A stretch of 55,751 nucleotides of DNA, taken from the NCBI GenBank assembly GCA_017380515.1, contig JAFODV010000097.1:1-55751 (forward strand). The letters run 5' to 3'. The stretch comes from Alistipes sp. (lineage in GTDB: Bacteria > Bacteroidota > Bacteroidia > Bacteroidales > Rikenellaceae). The translations under genes were made by a program, and so were the position numbers. Below the pieces are notes generated by a model. The model made no database searches. It worked only from the letters and a program-made list of their open reading frames with translations, and was not told the origin of the DNA. Positions 1-11,194 of this stretch are shown one piece after another. How positions within the stretch are numbered: the stretch's first letter is position 1; the number at the start of each line of letters is the position of its first letter.

Positions 1-2
1 CC

Positions 3-245
3 GGATCCTGCAACCCGGTTCTGCTGCTGTATGAGATTGATAAGTTAGGCTCTGATCACCGCGGAGATCCCTGTGCAGCCCTTCTGGTGGTGCTGGATGG
101 CGAGCAGAACGGAACATACCGGGATCATTATCTGGAGATTCCTTATGATCTTTCCGATGTGATGTTCATTACAACTGCAAACACACTGGATACCGTGCCC
201 CGTCCGTTACTGGACCGTATGGAAGTCATCGAACTGAACTCCTAT
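3..245 (+). pseudogene. lon: Internal fragment of Lon protease AAA+ domain; probably a chimeric or foreign contig end
   Basis: Frame 3 reads [71 protein letters not shown], matching the Lon NPV..LDEIDK / ALLEVLD.EQN / PLLDRME motifs. Similarity stops at ~245. Confidence 0.8.
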
Positions 246-454
246 ATTGATGGCTTATATGTATATTCATGACCTTCAAAACACTCGATTTTGAATGTCT
301 GAGCCTTTGTATTAATCGTGAATAATATTAAGGCACATACAAGCATAACTATGCTTTTAGCTATGAACTGAAATGTCAAGTTCTTTGTTTTAGTTTGCTT
401 GTTATTGGTAGTACTATAAGAGTGTTTCATACTATGGCTATTAATTTTATTCAT
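242..454 (-). pseudogene. Truncated N-terminus of a secreted Bacteroidetes-type protein
   Basis: Basic N-region, hydrophobic stretch, then TKA|Q cleavage motif; AT-rich; ends where it meets the Lon fragment. Confidence 0.45.
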
Positions 455-821
455 ATCCTTACTTATTATAATTGTGTGACTTTTGCTTAGTATACGTGCA
501 ATATTAGTATAATATTTTTATTGATTAACCACCCTAAAGTGTATATTTATTTCAACCAAAAGGTGGTATTTTGCCAATGTTTATTCACAAATATATTAAT
601 TATTTCCCAAACGAACAACACTCCTGGGGGCATTGTTTTGGATATTTAGCTTAAATCTCTAAAAATCCAACATGTCGTATGTTTCTAATAATTCATCCTG
701 ACGGATGCCAAGGTATGTCTTGGTGATGCTCATGGATGAGTGGATTCAATATTTAATTAGCGTGACCTTGTTTGATGTCAGAAGGGGTTAGGCTTGGCCT
801 CAACATTGAATAGCGTGATAT

Positions 822-948
822 CTTTTAGCGTCAGAGTGGTGTAGCAGTGGCGCTGACATGAAAAAACCACCGATGGGTAGTACTTGGCGTACGTCCCATT
901 GGTGGTTTTGATTGAAGCGTCGCTGATGCGCCGCTATCACGCTAAAAG
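822..948 (-). repeat. ~127-bp hairpin repeat unit G1 after the guaA stop, with a partial right-arm remnant at ~770-800
   Basis: Terminal inverted repeat CTTTTAGCG/CGCTAAAAG; core CCACCAATGGGACGTACGCCAAGTACTACCCATCGGTGG nearly identical to the core of unit 30847-30972. Confidence 0.85.
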
Positions 949-949
949 C

Positions 950-2476
950 CTACTCCCACTCGATTGTTGCTGGTGGCTTTGACGAAATATCATAGACTAC
1001 GCGGTTTACGCCACGTACCTTATTAATAATCTCATTTGATAGGCGTGCCAAAATCTCGTATGGGATGTGTACCCAGTCGGCGGTCATACCATCGGTAGAC
1101 TGCACGGCACGTAGTGCCACGCAACGCTCGTAGGTGCGCTCGTCACCCATAACGCCAACAGACTGCACAGGGAGCAATATTGCGCCTGCCTGCCAGATTT
1201 TATCGTACCAGCCTGTCTCACGCAAGATGTCGAGGTAGATCTTATCTACGTTCTGCAAAATCTCAACCTTCTCACGGGTAATCTCGCCAAGGATACGGAT
1301 AGCGAGGCCTGGACCTGGGAATGGGTGACGGCCGATAAGGTGCTCAGGCATGCCCATAGAGCGACCCACACGGCGCACCTCGTCCTTGAACAATAGGCGC
1401 AAAGGCTCAACAACCTTCAAGCCCATCTTCTCAGGAAGACCGCCCACATTGTGGTGCGACTTGATGACTACGGCTGTGCCATTAACCTGTGCTGACTCAA
1501 CAACATCGGGGTAGATAGTACCCTGGCCGAGCCACTTAACGCCCTGAAGCTGCTTTGCCTCAGCCTCGAACACCTCAACGAAGTCACGGCCGATGATCTT
1601 ACGCTTAGTCTCAGGGTCGGTGACGCCTGCCAAGTCGCCCAAGAACTTCTCCGAAGCATCAACGCCCTTAACATTGAGGCCCATGCCACGGTATGACTCG
1701 ATAACCTCGTCGAACTCGTTCTTGCGCAAAAGGCCTGAGTCAACGAAGATACAGTATAGGTTCTTGCCTATAGCCTTGTGAAGAAGAAGTGCTGCAACAG
1801 ATGAGTCAACACCGCCAGAAAGACCAAGGACAACCTTGTCGTCGCCAAGCTTCTCGCGAAGCTCCTTCACGGTGCTCTCCACGAAGCCTGCTGGCGTCCA
1901 GTTGCCAGAACATCCACAGATGCCCTTCACAAAGTTCTCGATCATTGTGAAGCCCTCCTCAGAGTGGTATACCTCAGGGTGGAACTGAATACCCCATGTC
2001 TGCTCGCCAGCGATGCGGTAGGCAGCGCATGCTACATCTTCTGTCGAAGCGATGATGTTATAGCCCTCAGGGATTGTGGTGATGGTGTCGCCATGTGACA
2101 TCCACACCTGTGACTCCTTAGAAAGGCCCTTCATGAGCTCGTCGTTAGCATCTACCACCTTCATCTGTGCACGGCCATACTCTCTGCTTGGTGATGCCTC
2201 AACCTTGCCACCGAAGAAGTGGGCAAGATACTGAGCACCGTAGCACACACCCAACAATGGTAGCTTACCCTTTATTGCGTCGAGGTCGATACGTGGTGCT
2301 CCCTCCTCGCGCACCGAGCGTGGTGAGCCTGAGAGGATTACACCCTTAACATCGTCGTCCAACGCAGGGACATTGTTGAAAGGGTAGATCTCGCAATATA
2401 CCTGCATCTCACGAATGCGTCGTGCGATAAGCTGCGTGTACTGCGAGCCAAAATCTATAATAAGAATTTTCTCCAT
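950..2476 (-). CDS. guaA: GMP synthase (glutamine-hydrolyzing)
   Basis: [40 protein letters not shown] motifs. Confidence 0.99.
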   Translation of the reverse strand: MEKILIIDFGSQYTQLIARRIREMQVYCEIYPFNNVPALDDDVKGVILSGSPRSVREEGAPRIDLDAIKGKLPLLGVCYGAQYLAHFFGGKVEASPSREYGRAQMKVVDANDELMKGLSKESQVWMSHGDTITTIPEGYNIIASTEDVACAAYRIAGEQTWGIQFHPEVYHSEEGFTMIENFVKGICGCSGNWTPAGFVESTVKELREKLGDDKVVLGLSGGVDSSVAALLLHKAIGKNLYCIFVDSGLLRKNEFDEVIESYRGMGLNVKGVDASEKFLGDLAGVTDPETKRKIIGRDFVEVFEAEAKQLQGVKWLGQGTIYPDVVESAQVNGTAVVIKSHHNVGGLPEKMGLKVVEPLRLLFKDEVRRVGRSMGMPEHLIGRHPFPGPGLAIRILGEITREKVEILQNVDKIYLDILRETGWYDKIWQAGAILLPVQSVGVMGDERTYERCVALRAVQSTDGMTADWVHIPYEILARLSNEIINKVRGVNRVVYDISSKPPATIEWE

Positions 2477-2505
2477 ATATGGTTACTTAAATTTTTCTGC
2501 TAAAA

Positions 2506-3981
2506 CTACTCTCCACGTGAATAGTTAGGAGTCTCGCTCGTAATGGTAATATCGTGTGGGTGGTTCTCCGTAACGCCACTCGATGTGATACGCACGAAGC
2601 GAGCATTCTGCAATGTCTCGATATCCTTAGCACCGCAGTAGCCCATACCGGCACGGATACCACCGACAAGCTGATATACTGTCTCAGAAAGCTTGCCCTT
2701 GAATGGCACACGACCAACGATGCCCTCTGGAACGAGCTTCATGACGTTAATCTCGTTGCCCTTCTGGAAGTAGCGGTCTGCAGAGCCAGCCTTCATAGCG
2801 TCGATAGAGCCCATGCCACGGTAAGCCTTGAACTTACGGCCGTTGTAGATGATAGTCTCGCCAGGTGACTCCTCTGTTCCTGCGAACATTGAGCCGACCA
2901 TCACGCAGTTACCACCAGCTGCCAATGCCTTGACAATATCGCCTGAGTAGCGCAAGCCACCATCTGCGATGATAGGCACACCAGCCTTCTTAGCCTCTGT
3001 CGAAGCGTCGTAGATAGCCGAGAGCTGTGGAACACCCACGCCAGCGATGATACGTGTAGTACAGATTGAGCCTGGGCCGATACCTACCTTGATACCGTCG
3101 GCACCATTCTCGATAAGGTATTTAGCTGCCTCAGCAGTAGCGATGTTACCCACAACAACGTCGAGCTGAGGATATGTAGCCTTGATCTTGCGAAGAAGGT
3201 CAACAACGCCCTTTGTGTGGCCGTGTGCTGAGTCCAAGACTACGGCATCAACCTCTTCGGCAACAAGTGCAGCAACACGCTCCATAGCATCTGGCGTGAT
3301 GCCGATACCAGCAGCTACGCGCAAGCGACCCTTTGAGTCCTTACATGCATTAGGGTTGTCCTTGAGCTTGGTGATGTCACGATAGGTGATAAGACCTACA
3401 AGCTTGCCGTCGTTGTTAACTACTGGCAACTTCTCAATCTTGTTTGCCAACAACACTTCGGCAGCCGACTTAAGATCTGTCTCGTGAGTTGTCACGATGT
3501 TCTCCTTGGTCATCACCTCGTCGATGAGGCGATTCATGTCGCTTTGGAAGCGAAGGTCACGGTTGGTTACGATGCCGATAAGCATGCCTGCATCGTCAAC
3601 AACAGGAATGCCACCAATCTTGTTCTCCTGCATAAGCTGAAGAGCATCACCCACGGTGTTATCCTTCTTGATTGTCACAGGGTCGTAGATCATACCGCTC
3701 TCAGCACGCTTAACACGGCGTACGTGAGCAGCCTGAGCTGCGATAGACATGTTCTTGTGTACCACGCCGATACCACCTTCACGAGCCAAGGCAATAGCCA
3801 ATGGAGCTTCGGTTACGGTGTCCATAGCAGCAGACACAATAGGGATGTTAAGCTGAATATTGCGAGAGAAGCGACCTACAGTCGAAACCTCACGAGGAAG
3901 TACCTCAGAATAGGCTGGGACGAGCAACACATCATCGAATGTGAGACCTGTTGTCGATACCCTTTCATCGATAAAAGACAT
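2506..3981 (-). CDS. guaB: IMP dehydrogenase with CBS pair
   Basis: [35 protein letters not shown] motifs. Confidence 0.99.
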   Translation of the reverse strand: MSFIDERVSTTGLTFDDVLLVPAYSEVLPREVSTVGRFSRNIQLNIPIVSAAMDTVTEAPLAIALAREGGIGVVHKNMSIAAQAAHVRRVKRAESGMIYDPVTIKKDNTVGDALQLMQENKIGGIPVVDDAGMLIGIVTNRDLRFQSDMNRLIDEVMTKENIVTTHETDLKSAAEVLLANKIEKLPVVNNDGKLVGLITYRDITKLKDNPNACKDSKGRLRVAAGIGITPDAMERVAALVAEEVDAVVLDSAHGHTKGVVDLLRKIKATYPQLDVVVGNIATAEAAKYLIENGADGIKVGIGPGSICTTRIIAGVGVPQLSAIYDASTEAKKAGVPIIADGGLRYSGDIVKALAAGGNCVMVGSMFAGTEESPGETIIYNGRKFKAYRGMGSIDAMKAGSADRYFQKGNEINVMKLVPEGIVGRVPFKGKLSETVYQLVGGIRAGMGYCGAKDIETLQNARFVRITSSGVTENHPHDITITSETPNYSRGE

Positions 3982-4012
3982 AGCAATCAGGTTTATAATT
4001 TTATGTTGCGCA

Positions 4013-4020
4013 CAAAATTA
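4013..4020 (-). promoter_or_regulatory. Bacteroidetes -7 promoter box for guaBA
   Basis: TAATTTTG (TAnnTTTG consensus) ~30 nt upstream of guaB. Confidence 0.65.
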
Positions 4021-4083
4021 CAAAAAAATATTGATTGTAGCAATAGCTCTATGCTCTTTTGTCAAAATTTTTTCCTAAGGAGG

Positions 4084-6135
4084 CTACCACTTAGGTGTTA
4101 TGCCGATGAATATCTCGAAGTTGATACCAGGCATGGGGCGTGATAGCACTGATAGATACTCCTCATTAAAGAGATTGTTTACTGTGCCTTTTAGCGATAG
4201 GTCTGCCCACTTGAACACCAACACCTTCTCAAGTGAGATGTTTGACATGAAGTAGGGAGGTAGTTTTCCCGTAAGTGATATGTCGTTCGACGACATGGTG
4301 AAGCGCTCCGAGTAGTAGCACCACTTATAGAGGAATGTCCACCTACGCCATGTGAGGCGACCTGTTACAGTCGACGATAGTTGGGGGACGTAGGGTAGCT
4401 GCTTGCCTACCGACCTGTCGGCAGGTGTGCGTGGCTCGCCCACGTTTATTGATGGTGTCCACGAGAATGTGCCGTTTAGGCCCAGTTGCCACTCCTTAGA
4501 TAGTGCCACGTCGAGATTTGCCTTTAGCTCAATGCCATAGGCATGAACATCTTTGATGTTCTCGGGCGAGAAGAAGCCTTTGGGTGTAGGCAACCAGATA
4601 ATCCAATCTTTGATAAATGACTCAAACCAGTTTGCTGAACCACTGAGCGAGTAGATATTCTCCTTGCCTATGGCAAACGATACTCCCGTGTCGTAGGTCC
4701 AGCCACTCTCTTTTCGCAGGTCGGGATTACCGCCCGGAAGGAAGTATAGGTCGTTGAGTGTTGGGAATCGGAAGTTGCGAGATATGGAGGCCTTGGCAAC
4801 GATGTTACCCCTTTGGCTAATTAGTCCGTCGACAAAAAATGCAGGAATTATTGGCGTCCACTCTCTGCCCACCATCTCCTCGCGCACAACAAAGGATAGT
4901 CCAAGGCGCTCTGTAGGTCGCCACTTTGCCGATACTGAGCCCGATAGCTCAGGACGGCCCTTGCGATAGCCCACAATCGCCTTGTTGCCATCTTGACGCA
5001 CGATGTTTTTATCCTCGCTCACTACGATATGCTGATGCAACGATAGGTTGGCCGTAAACAGCCACTTAGTTCCGATGGAGTATTCGCCATCTACCTGGCC
5101 GTAGAAGGTGTTGATACGGCTACGTGAACGTGTCATATGTGCCATGATGCCATTGCCCAAGTCACGCTTGTAGTCGTATGCCATCCACGTGTAAATATAT
5201 CCAGCCTTGGCTCCCAGCTTCCAGCTCTCGCGGAGATGATCCCACGACATCACACCTCGAAAAGTCTGCTCACGCTGGCGATTTTCGAAGTCGGTGTCGT
5301 TGCCGTGGTCTACCGTAAGCATCGCAAGCTCGCGATTTGAGTTTATGTACCAAGCATTAAGTCCAAATCTATCGCCTTTGCCCGTGTTGTAGTATACCTC
5401 TTGGAGCAGGTGAAAATCTTTGTATGCGCCACTGCGGTTACGCTCGATGGGGTAGTATTGGTCTACGATGTTCATATTCTCGTCGTAGACGTTTACTTTT
5501 TTGTCATGATTGCGGTATTTGTAGTCGTTGGGCGATGACGAGTAGACTACACGTGTAGATGTCTGCCAATGGCTATTACCGTAGGTTAGGCGTAGAAACT
5601 CGTCAAAGGTCTTAAATGAGCCTATGCCCTGGATATATTGTAGTCCGAAGCCATTTGACTGGGCGGGTTTTGTCGATAGCTTGACCGAGCCACCTAAGCC
5701 ACCTCCTGTCTCGTTTACCGAGGATGTGCCATGAAGCAACGAGGCGTCGTCGATGAAGTACGAAGGGATCATCGAGAAGTCGGTCATGCCGAGCATAGGG
5801 TTATTTATCTTCATGCCGTTCCATGACACCTGCGTATGCGAAGGCGATGTGCCACGAAAAGCTACTGTTGAGAGCGTGGCACGGCCATAGTTCTTGACAA
5901 ATATGGCTGAGTTGAACGTAAGGACATCAGCCATTGAGAGGGCGATGTTCTCCTTAAGTGCTATGGTGTCAAACTTTGTCTGCTGCGTGCCGATATCTTT
6001 CATTGGTCGCTGGCCATATACCGAGACCTCACGAATATTTATGCCCCTTGTTGCCCAATCCTTGGTATCCTCCTCTTGTGCACTTGCTATAAACGGAGAC
6101 AGTGCTATGTATAGAATCAATAATAACTTTTTCAT
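4084..6135 (-). CDS. btuB: TonB-dependent cobalamin receptor
   Basis: Signal peptide, plug motif (FRGTSPSHTQVSWNG), FRFPTLNDLY, NNLFNEEY, C-terminal aromatic residue; last gene of the riboswitch-led operon. Confidence 0.9.
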   Translation of the reverse strand: MKKLLLILYIALSPFIASAQEEDTKDWATRGINIREVSVYGQRPMKDIGTQQTKFDTIALKENIALSMADVLTFNSAIFVKNYGRATLSTVAFRGTSPSHTQVSWNGMKINNPMLGMTDFSMIPSYFIDDASLLHGTSSVNETGGGLGGSVKLSTKPAQSNGFGLQYIQGIGSFKTFDEFLRLTYGNSHWQTSTRVVYSSSPNDYKYRNHDKKVNVYDENMNIVDQYYPIERNRSGAYKDFHLLQEVYYNTGKGDRFGLNAWYINSNRELAMLTVDHGNDTDFENRQREQTFRGVMSWDHLRESWKLGAKAGYIYTWMAYDYKRDLGNGIMAHMTRSRSRINTFYGQVDGEYSIGTKWLFTANLSLHQHIVVSEDKNIVRQDGNKAIVGYRKGRPELSGSVSAKWRPTERLGLSFVVREEMVGREWTPIIPAFFVDGLISQRGNIVAKASISRNFRFPTLNDLYFLPGGNPDLRKESGWTYDTGVSFAIGKENIYSLSGSANWFESFIKDWIIWLPTPKGFFSPENIKDVHAYGIELKANLDVALSKEWQLGLNGTFSWTPSINVGEPRTPADRSVGKQLPYVPQLSSTVTGRLTWRRWTFLYKWCYYSERFTMSSNDISLTGKLPPYFMSNISLEKVLVFKWADLSLKGTVNNLFNEEYLSVLSRPMPGINFEIFIGITPKW

Positions 6136-6150
6136 ATCTAACGCAGGTGG

Positions 6151-7206
6151 TTATTTCCAACAAAAAGCTCCTGGAATGATGCCAACATAGAAACTATCTA
6201 TGAGCTCTCTATCTTTTGAATAGCGATACACCATGCCCTGCTGAACGTAGTCTATGGCATCGGCTATGTAGACGTCGCCCGTGCGAGGACACACCGTAAG
6301 ACCGTAGTATAGCGTGCCGTTATAGCTAAGGAACGGACGCACAGGCACTCTGTCGGCAGTCACGTCCATCTCCCACACGTCGTCGTTGAGCCAGTATATC
6401 TTGTCCTTGGTGCCATTTAGTTGCACCTCCGAGGGCCAGTCGCCAAACGAGAATTTGAATTGCTTTTCGATGGTAAATGTCTCGGCGTCAATGCGGTAGA
6501 GCGATGGCGCTTCGTGACCATAGGGCGATCCCTCATATCCTCCGTCGGTTACGGTCCAGAGCTTGTTGTTGCAGTCCATCACTAACGATGTAGGCTGTAT
6601 TCCCACCACCAACTCATCTACGACCTTGTCGGTCTCGGTGTCAATCTTTATTATTCGGTTCTGATACGACCAGCAGTTCACATATACATACTTGCCATGC
6701 TGCACCATCTGCTCCGTTGAGCCCGACTCCGATGTCATGTTAGGCACGTCGATATATCCCGTTATCTCGTAGCGTTTGGGGTTGACGATGAATATGCGGT
6801 TGTCCCATATCTGCGTGATATATGCCTTCTCGTCGGAGATGAAGTGTATGTAGCGTGGTGACGTGAGGTTTGTTATGCGTCCCACCTCCTTGAAGGTGTT
6901 GATGTCTATGGCGAATACCACGTGCGAGTTGTTTACCACCACCCAGCCTATGCCGTTGCGTATGATCATCGATTGGCACACGTCGCCGAGCTTCATAGCG
7001 TTGGCACGATAGAATATCTCGTTCTGCACCGTCTTTGTCGTAGGGTCGTAGTAGGATAGCGTGGCGTTGCCATACTGGAAGTTACCCTCGTTGCAGATGA
7101 ATAGTCCGTCGCCCGATGCCGACAGGTCGAAATCCTCTTCAATACCATACTCCCACTTCATGCACGAGCATAGCATCAAACAAATTATGGTGATGTAGTA
7201 TCTCAT
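6151..7206 (-). CDS. btuG: BtuG-like beta-propeller B12-binding surface lipoprotein (YncE family)
   Basis: Lipobox, NEGNFQYGNATLSYYD, SPRY, DAIDYVQQG, VGIIPGAFCWK; adjacent to btuB. Confidence 0.85.
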   Translation of the reverse strand: MRYYITIICLMLCSCMKWEYGIEEDFDLSASGDGLFICNEGNFQYGNATLSYYDPTTKTVQNEIFYRANAMKLGDVCQSMIIRNGIGWVVVNNSHVVFAIDINTFKEVGRITNLTSPRYIHFISDEKAYITQIWDNRIFIVNPKRYEITGYIDVPNMTSESGSTEQMVQHGKYVYVNCWSYQNRIIKIDTETDKVVDELVVGIQPTSLVMDCNNKLWTVTDGGYEGSPYGHEAPSLYRIDAETFTIEKQFKFSFGDWPSEVQLNGTKDKIYWLNDDVWEMDVTADRVPVRPFLSYNGTLYYGLTVCPRTGDVYIADAIDYVQQGMVYRYSKDRELIDSFYVGIIPGAFCWK

Positions 7207-7213
7207 TCGAACC

Positions 7214-7355
7214 GAAAAGTTAAATGTTAAAGGTGAAAAGTTGGGTGGGTTGGACGGCAGAGAGTAGGGAAATTAAGGAAGTTAAGGAATAAAAAACTAA
7301 ATTCCCTAATTTCCCTAAATTCCTTAAAATCCCTATCTTCCTCATCTTTGCCGTC
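7214..7355. repeat. Intra-operon short-period repeats and long hairpin
   Basis: 7-mers GAAAAGT TAAATGT TAAAGGT GAAAAGT, then a GACGGCA...TGCCGTC hairpin with 9-nt periodic arms (TAGGGAAAT/TAAGGAAGT versus TTCCCTAAT/TTCCCTAAA/TTCCTTAAA). Confidence 0.7.
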
Positions 7356-9106
7356 TACTCTCTATGCATTGCATAGTCGAAAAATCCGCACACTTCTGTC
7401 GAGAGCTCGCCGAGCCAGCCGCTCTTGGCATTTACGCCCACCTGCACCTTCACAAAGTCGATGTAGTCGAGCTCCACGGGCTCACACTCGAAGTCCACGG
7501 CATTCGATATTTTAAAGTGGTTGGCATTTACCTCGCCCTCGGCATTATCCTCGTCGGTGAGGCGGTCCACAGGACTGAAGTTGTCGGCATAGCCCCAGTC
7601 ATACTTCTCGTTCACCCAGTACGAGCCATTTCCCGAGGCGTCGTAGTTGCGGGGCTCGAGACATGTGCCACGCAGGGTGTAGCTATCCTCCTCAATCCAT
7701 AGCGGGTAGTAGTAGTCTTGGCGGTGGAACTGCTTGAGGTAGTCAATCTCGCCTCTGTTGCCGAGATTATCCTCCCACTGCACAGGCATCATAGCACCTG
7801 CTGGGCGGTAATATGTAACCGTATAATTCTGTATGGTTGTCGCCTTGCCCGTCTCCGAACCGGCAAGCTCATACCATGTGTCATCGGGTAGGCCATTGCC
7901 ATTCTCGTCCTGCATAACCCATACAATGCCTGGCTCCGACGAGCCGCTAAACGAGTTGCCCAAGATGCCAAGGTCGTAGTTGCCCGTGTTGTCGATGCTA
8001 TGGTCGAAGCCCACGACGATATATCCGCCGAAGCCACCAAGCGACACCCAGTTTTCGTCTCTTAGGCGCTCCTCGGCATAGGCTATGGCTGCCTCCATAG
8101 TGGTCTGGGTGCCGTCGAAGCCTCCCGTCTTGAGCTCGTTGATAAACTGACCTGGCGCAGGGGTGTAGTCGAAAACCTTGCTCCATGTGTCACTCGACGC
8201 CGTACCTCGTGCTCGGTAGTAGACGCCCTCGTCGTATACTGTTACGCTGAACTCATGAGCTATGCTTATCTCGTTCTCGCCACGCATGGTTGTCGCCACC
8301 GCCGAGATGTGGTAATTGCCCGCGGCATCAGCCTTAAATATGTACGATGCGCCACCCTCTATTTTTGCGCCATTGTCCACCTGCCAGCTATATCTCACCT
8401 CGTCGTCCTCGTAGCCGCTGCTCTTTGGCTCGATAAGCAGCTTGCGACCCACCACGGTGTGGTATGCCTCACGCTCGAACTCCCACACGAAGGGCATATT
8501 CTCGGGTTTTAGCACCTCTATCACCACGCTGTCGCTATGCTCGCCGTCCTCGTTTGTGGCGGTGACGCTAATACGAAAGCTGCCCTCGGCAAATGTCTGG
8601 AAGCTACACTCGAGCCTGTGGTCGGTAGCCATGGGCTCGCCATCGAGGGTCCACCTTATGTTGGTCTCGAGCGAGGTGTCACGGAGCGAGGCGTTGAGCT
8701 TTACGGTGGTGCCTAATGCCACGGTCTGGTGCTTGCTGCCCGCAATAGATATTGTTGGTATCTCGAGCTCCACCACGTCTATGCGTATCTCCTCGCTATC
8801 AGAGCCGGTGTCGGTCGTCACGGTGAGCGTTATGTAGTACTCGCCAACAATCTCACGCTCAAAGCTTAGCGATGCCGACGTGCCGAGCAGCCTGCCGTCC
8901 ATAATCCAGCTGTAGGTAGCCCCTTCAGCAGACTCGTAAGATGGTGCTATGACAATCTTGCGACCCTGCTTTACGGTGTATACACCAGTCTCGCTATCGA
9001 GGATAATCTTAGGTGGTAACGAGGTTGTAATCTCCTCGTCGATATTGCACGACGAGGAAACTACAACGATTACACACAAAAACAAAAAATCTAAAATTCG
9101 CTTCAT
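7355..9106 (-). CDS. PKD/Ig-repeat surface lipoprotein with BtuH-like C-terminal domain
   Basis: Lipobox SSSC, about three PKD-like repeats, YTPAPGQFIN..VSLGGFGGY..DENGNGLPDDTWYEL..GELSTEV; lies in the B12 operon. Confidence 0.75.
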   Translation of the reverse strand: MKRILDFLFLCVIVVVSSSCNIDEEITTSLPPKIILDSETGVYTVKQGRKIVIAPSYESAEGATYSWIMDGRLLGTSASLSFEREIVGEYYITLTVTTDTGSDSEEIRIDVVELEIPTISIAGSKHQTVALGTTVKLNASLRDTSLETNIRWTLDGEPMATDHRLECSFQTFAEGSFRISVTATNEDGEHSDSVVIEVLKPENMPFVWEFEREAYHTVVGRKLLIEPKSSGYEDDEVRYSWQVDNGAKIEGGASYIFKADAAGNYHISAVATTMRGENEISIAHEFSVTVYDEGVYYRARGTASSDTWSKVFDYTPAPGQFINELKTGGFDGTQTTMEAAIAYAEERLRDENWVSLGGFGGYIVVGFDHSIDNTGNYDLGILGNSFSGSSEPGIVWVMQDENGNGLPDDTWYELAGSETGKATTIQNYTVTYYRPAGAMMPVQWEDNLGNRGEIDYLKQFHRQDYYYPLWIEEDSYTLRGTCLEPRNYDASGNGSYWVNEKYDWGYADNFSPVDRLTDEDNAEGEVNANHFKISNAVDFECEPVELDYIDFVKVQVGVNAKSGWLGELSTEVCGFFDYAMHRE

Positions 9107-9112
9107 TATATA

Positions 9113-11002
9113 TTATTTATCAAATCTCACTGCTACGTCATCGTAGGCGAAGTAGCCAGGAATGGTGAAGCCATATCGTCCGCCCATCTCCTCGGAGTAG
9201 AGGAAGTTGAAGCGTACCTTGGCAACTGAGCCAAGCTCACTCAAATCCCACTTCTGCCAATCAGTCACCACATTTTCGCCCTGAACCAAGTAGAACTCCA
9301 CCTCGCTAATAGGCTCAGCATAGGCATCGGCATCAACATCGTCGAAGCCCTGAGCCACAATCTTGAGCCAGGCGCTCTCGGTAAGACCCTCCCAGTTGCC
9401 ACCAAAGCTGTTGCCTGCCTCGCTCTTAACACCCATATATAATTGGTTGAGTGTGTAGCTGGTGTTTGTTATGTACATGTGGTCGATAACACGTGCCTCG
9501 CCATCAGCAAAGTATAGCTCAGGAAGATTCTCTACGTATGAGTAGAAATCTTTGTAGCCATAGTGTACCACGAAGTTGTCGCCCGAGTGCGCTGGCACTG
9601 GTGTCATAAACTGCAGGTTAAACCAACCGAGCATCGCGTCGTTGCCAGCATTCTCCGTAACATAGTCCTCGCCATAGTACTTGGCAATATGCTTATTGCG
9701 ATCCTCATCTGAGAAACCCTCGCCCCAGTAGTTCGATATGGCGTGACCACCTCCCCAGTAGCAATATCCGTAGTTGTCGGGGAAGATGTGCGCAAGCTCG
9801 GTGTTGCCTTCGTCATACCATGTGTACATCGCGCTCGTCATGTCAGCATAGGTCAACGGACCACCATACTGAGGCTCATCAATGAGGTCGCTCCATGTTG
9901 TTATCTCCACTCCCGACCCGTCGTAGGCATAGTCCAAGTAGTATGGCTCGAACTTAGCATCTGCATCCTCGAACGTAAGCACTCGTAGCTCATATGGAAG
10001 CTCAGGCTCAGGCTCAGGCTCGGGCTCTGCCACCACAGCCTTGACTCTTAGCTTGGCAATGGCGCTCTTGCCCTGCTCCGACACCACGGTTACTGCTATT
10101 GTGCCCTCTACGTCGTAGTGACACAAATCCTCCGCAGGAGCTGTCACGCTGAGTATGTTCTCGGCGTATGATGCCTTCCAGCCCTCAGGTGTGTTTATCA
10201 CATAGTCAGCAATGTTGTCTGCCTCTACCGCAAACTCTGCTGTTGTGCCAAATGCTATTTCGGCAAGCTCAGGAGCGTCGATGATAAACATAGGTGCGCT
10301 CTCGTCGTAGCGTGCCAGGCGGAACTCTGTGCCGTTGGCAAGGGTGATAATCACATAGTCGGGGTTCGAGGTGTCCACCTTCGTAAATAGTGAGTTGCCC
10401 GCAGCGCCATTCTCACCATTTGTACCATTTGTGCCGTCCTTACCCTCGGCAACAACGCCTGTAGATGTCCATGTCTTACCACCATCGGTAGATATTTCCC
10501 ACTCCTTTGTAGTGTCGTTTATGCGTACCTCGGGAGCTATGGCGTCCTCGCCGTCGATGCCATTTGCGCCATTAGCACCGTCCTTGCCATCAATGCCGTT
10601 GGCACGAACACGCTCGCCATCAACCTCCAACCACTCGCCATCGATGGTCCAGTAGTAGTTGCCGTCGCTGTCCTGCTCAACAGAGATAAAAGGTGCGTTT
10701 ATGCCGTTAGCACCATCTTTACCATTCGTGATGGTGGCTGAGGTGCCGTCCGAGAATTTAATCACGTAGCCCTCGTAGCTCTGCTCTACAGATGTTACGT
10801 AAACACTCTTCTGCAATGCATTAACGATTGTCTGTAAGGCCACGATGTCCTCGTTGGTCTTGATCACTGCCTCCTCAAGGGTCTCGATTCGATCCTTGAT
10901 CTGCTCCATCTCGTTCCAGATGTTGGTGTCGTCATACTGACAACCAACTGCGGCAAGCAACGTAGCTACTACGCCCAATGCCAAGCACATAAATTTTCTC
11001 AT
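9113..11002 (-). CDS. Lipoprotein: coiled-coil/collagen-like (DUF4988-like) N-terminus plus DUF4465-like C-terminal domain
   Basis: AVGC lipobox, heptad region, G-x-x runs (GKDGANG), EP linker, C-terminal W.KWDLSELG..PGYFAYDD. Confidence 0.7.
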   Translation of the reverse strand: MRKFMCLALGVVATLLAAVGCQYDDTNIWNEMEQIKDRIETLEEAVIKTNEDIVALQTIVNALQKSVYVTSVEQSYEGYVIKFSDGTSATITNGKDGANGINAPFISVEQDSDGNYYWTIDGEWLEVDGERVRANGIDGKDGANGANGIDGEDAIAPEVRINDTTKEWEISTDGGKTWTSTGVVAEGKDGTNGTNGENGAAGNSLFTKVDTSNPDYVIITLANGTEFRLARYDESAPMFIIDAPELAEIAFGTTAEFAVEADNIADYVINTPEGWKASYAENILSVTAPAEDLCHYDVEGTIAVTVVSEQGKSAIAKLRVKAVVAEPEPEPEPELPYELRVLTFEDADAKFEPYYLDYAYDGSGVEITTWSDLIDEPQYGGPLTYADMTSAMYTWYDEGNTELAHIFPDNYGYCYWGGGHAISNYWGEGFSDEDRNKHIAKYYGEDYVTENAGNDAMLGWFNLQFMTPVPAHSGDNFVVHYGYKDFYSYVENLPELYFADGEARVIDHMYITNTSYTLNQLYMGVKSEAGNSFGGNWEGLTESAWLKIVAQGFDDVDADAYAEPISEVEFYLVQGENVVTDWQKWDLSELGSVAKVRFNFLYSEEMGGRYGFTIPGYFAYDDVAVRFDK

Positions 11003-11194
11003 AATGTTGTTGTTTAAAGGTCATTCTCCGTAAACTTAAACATTACAAAATTGCGTTGTGGCGATAGGGTATATGGTTGTAGAAAGCCTTTTATGCTCCT
11101 CACCCTTGCATCTGTACTCACGATAAAATATGTGAACCTGAATAAATCAAGTCGCAGATAAGCCCATTCGCCGCAGGCACAATCTCGTAAAAAA

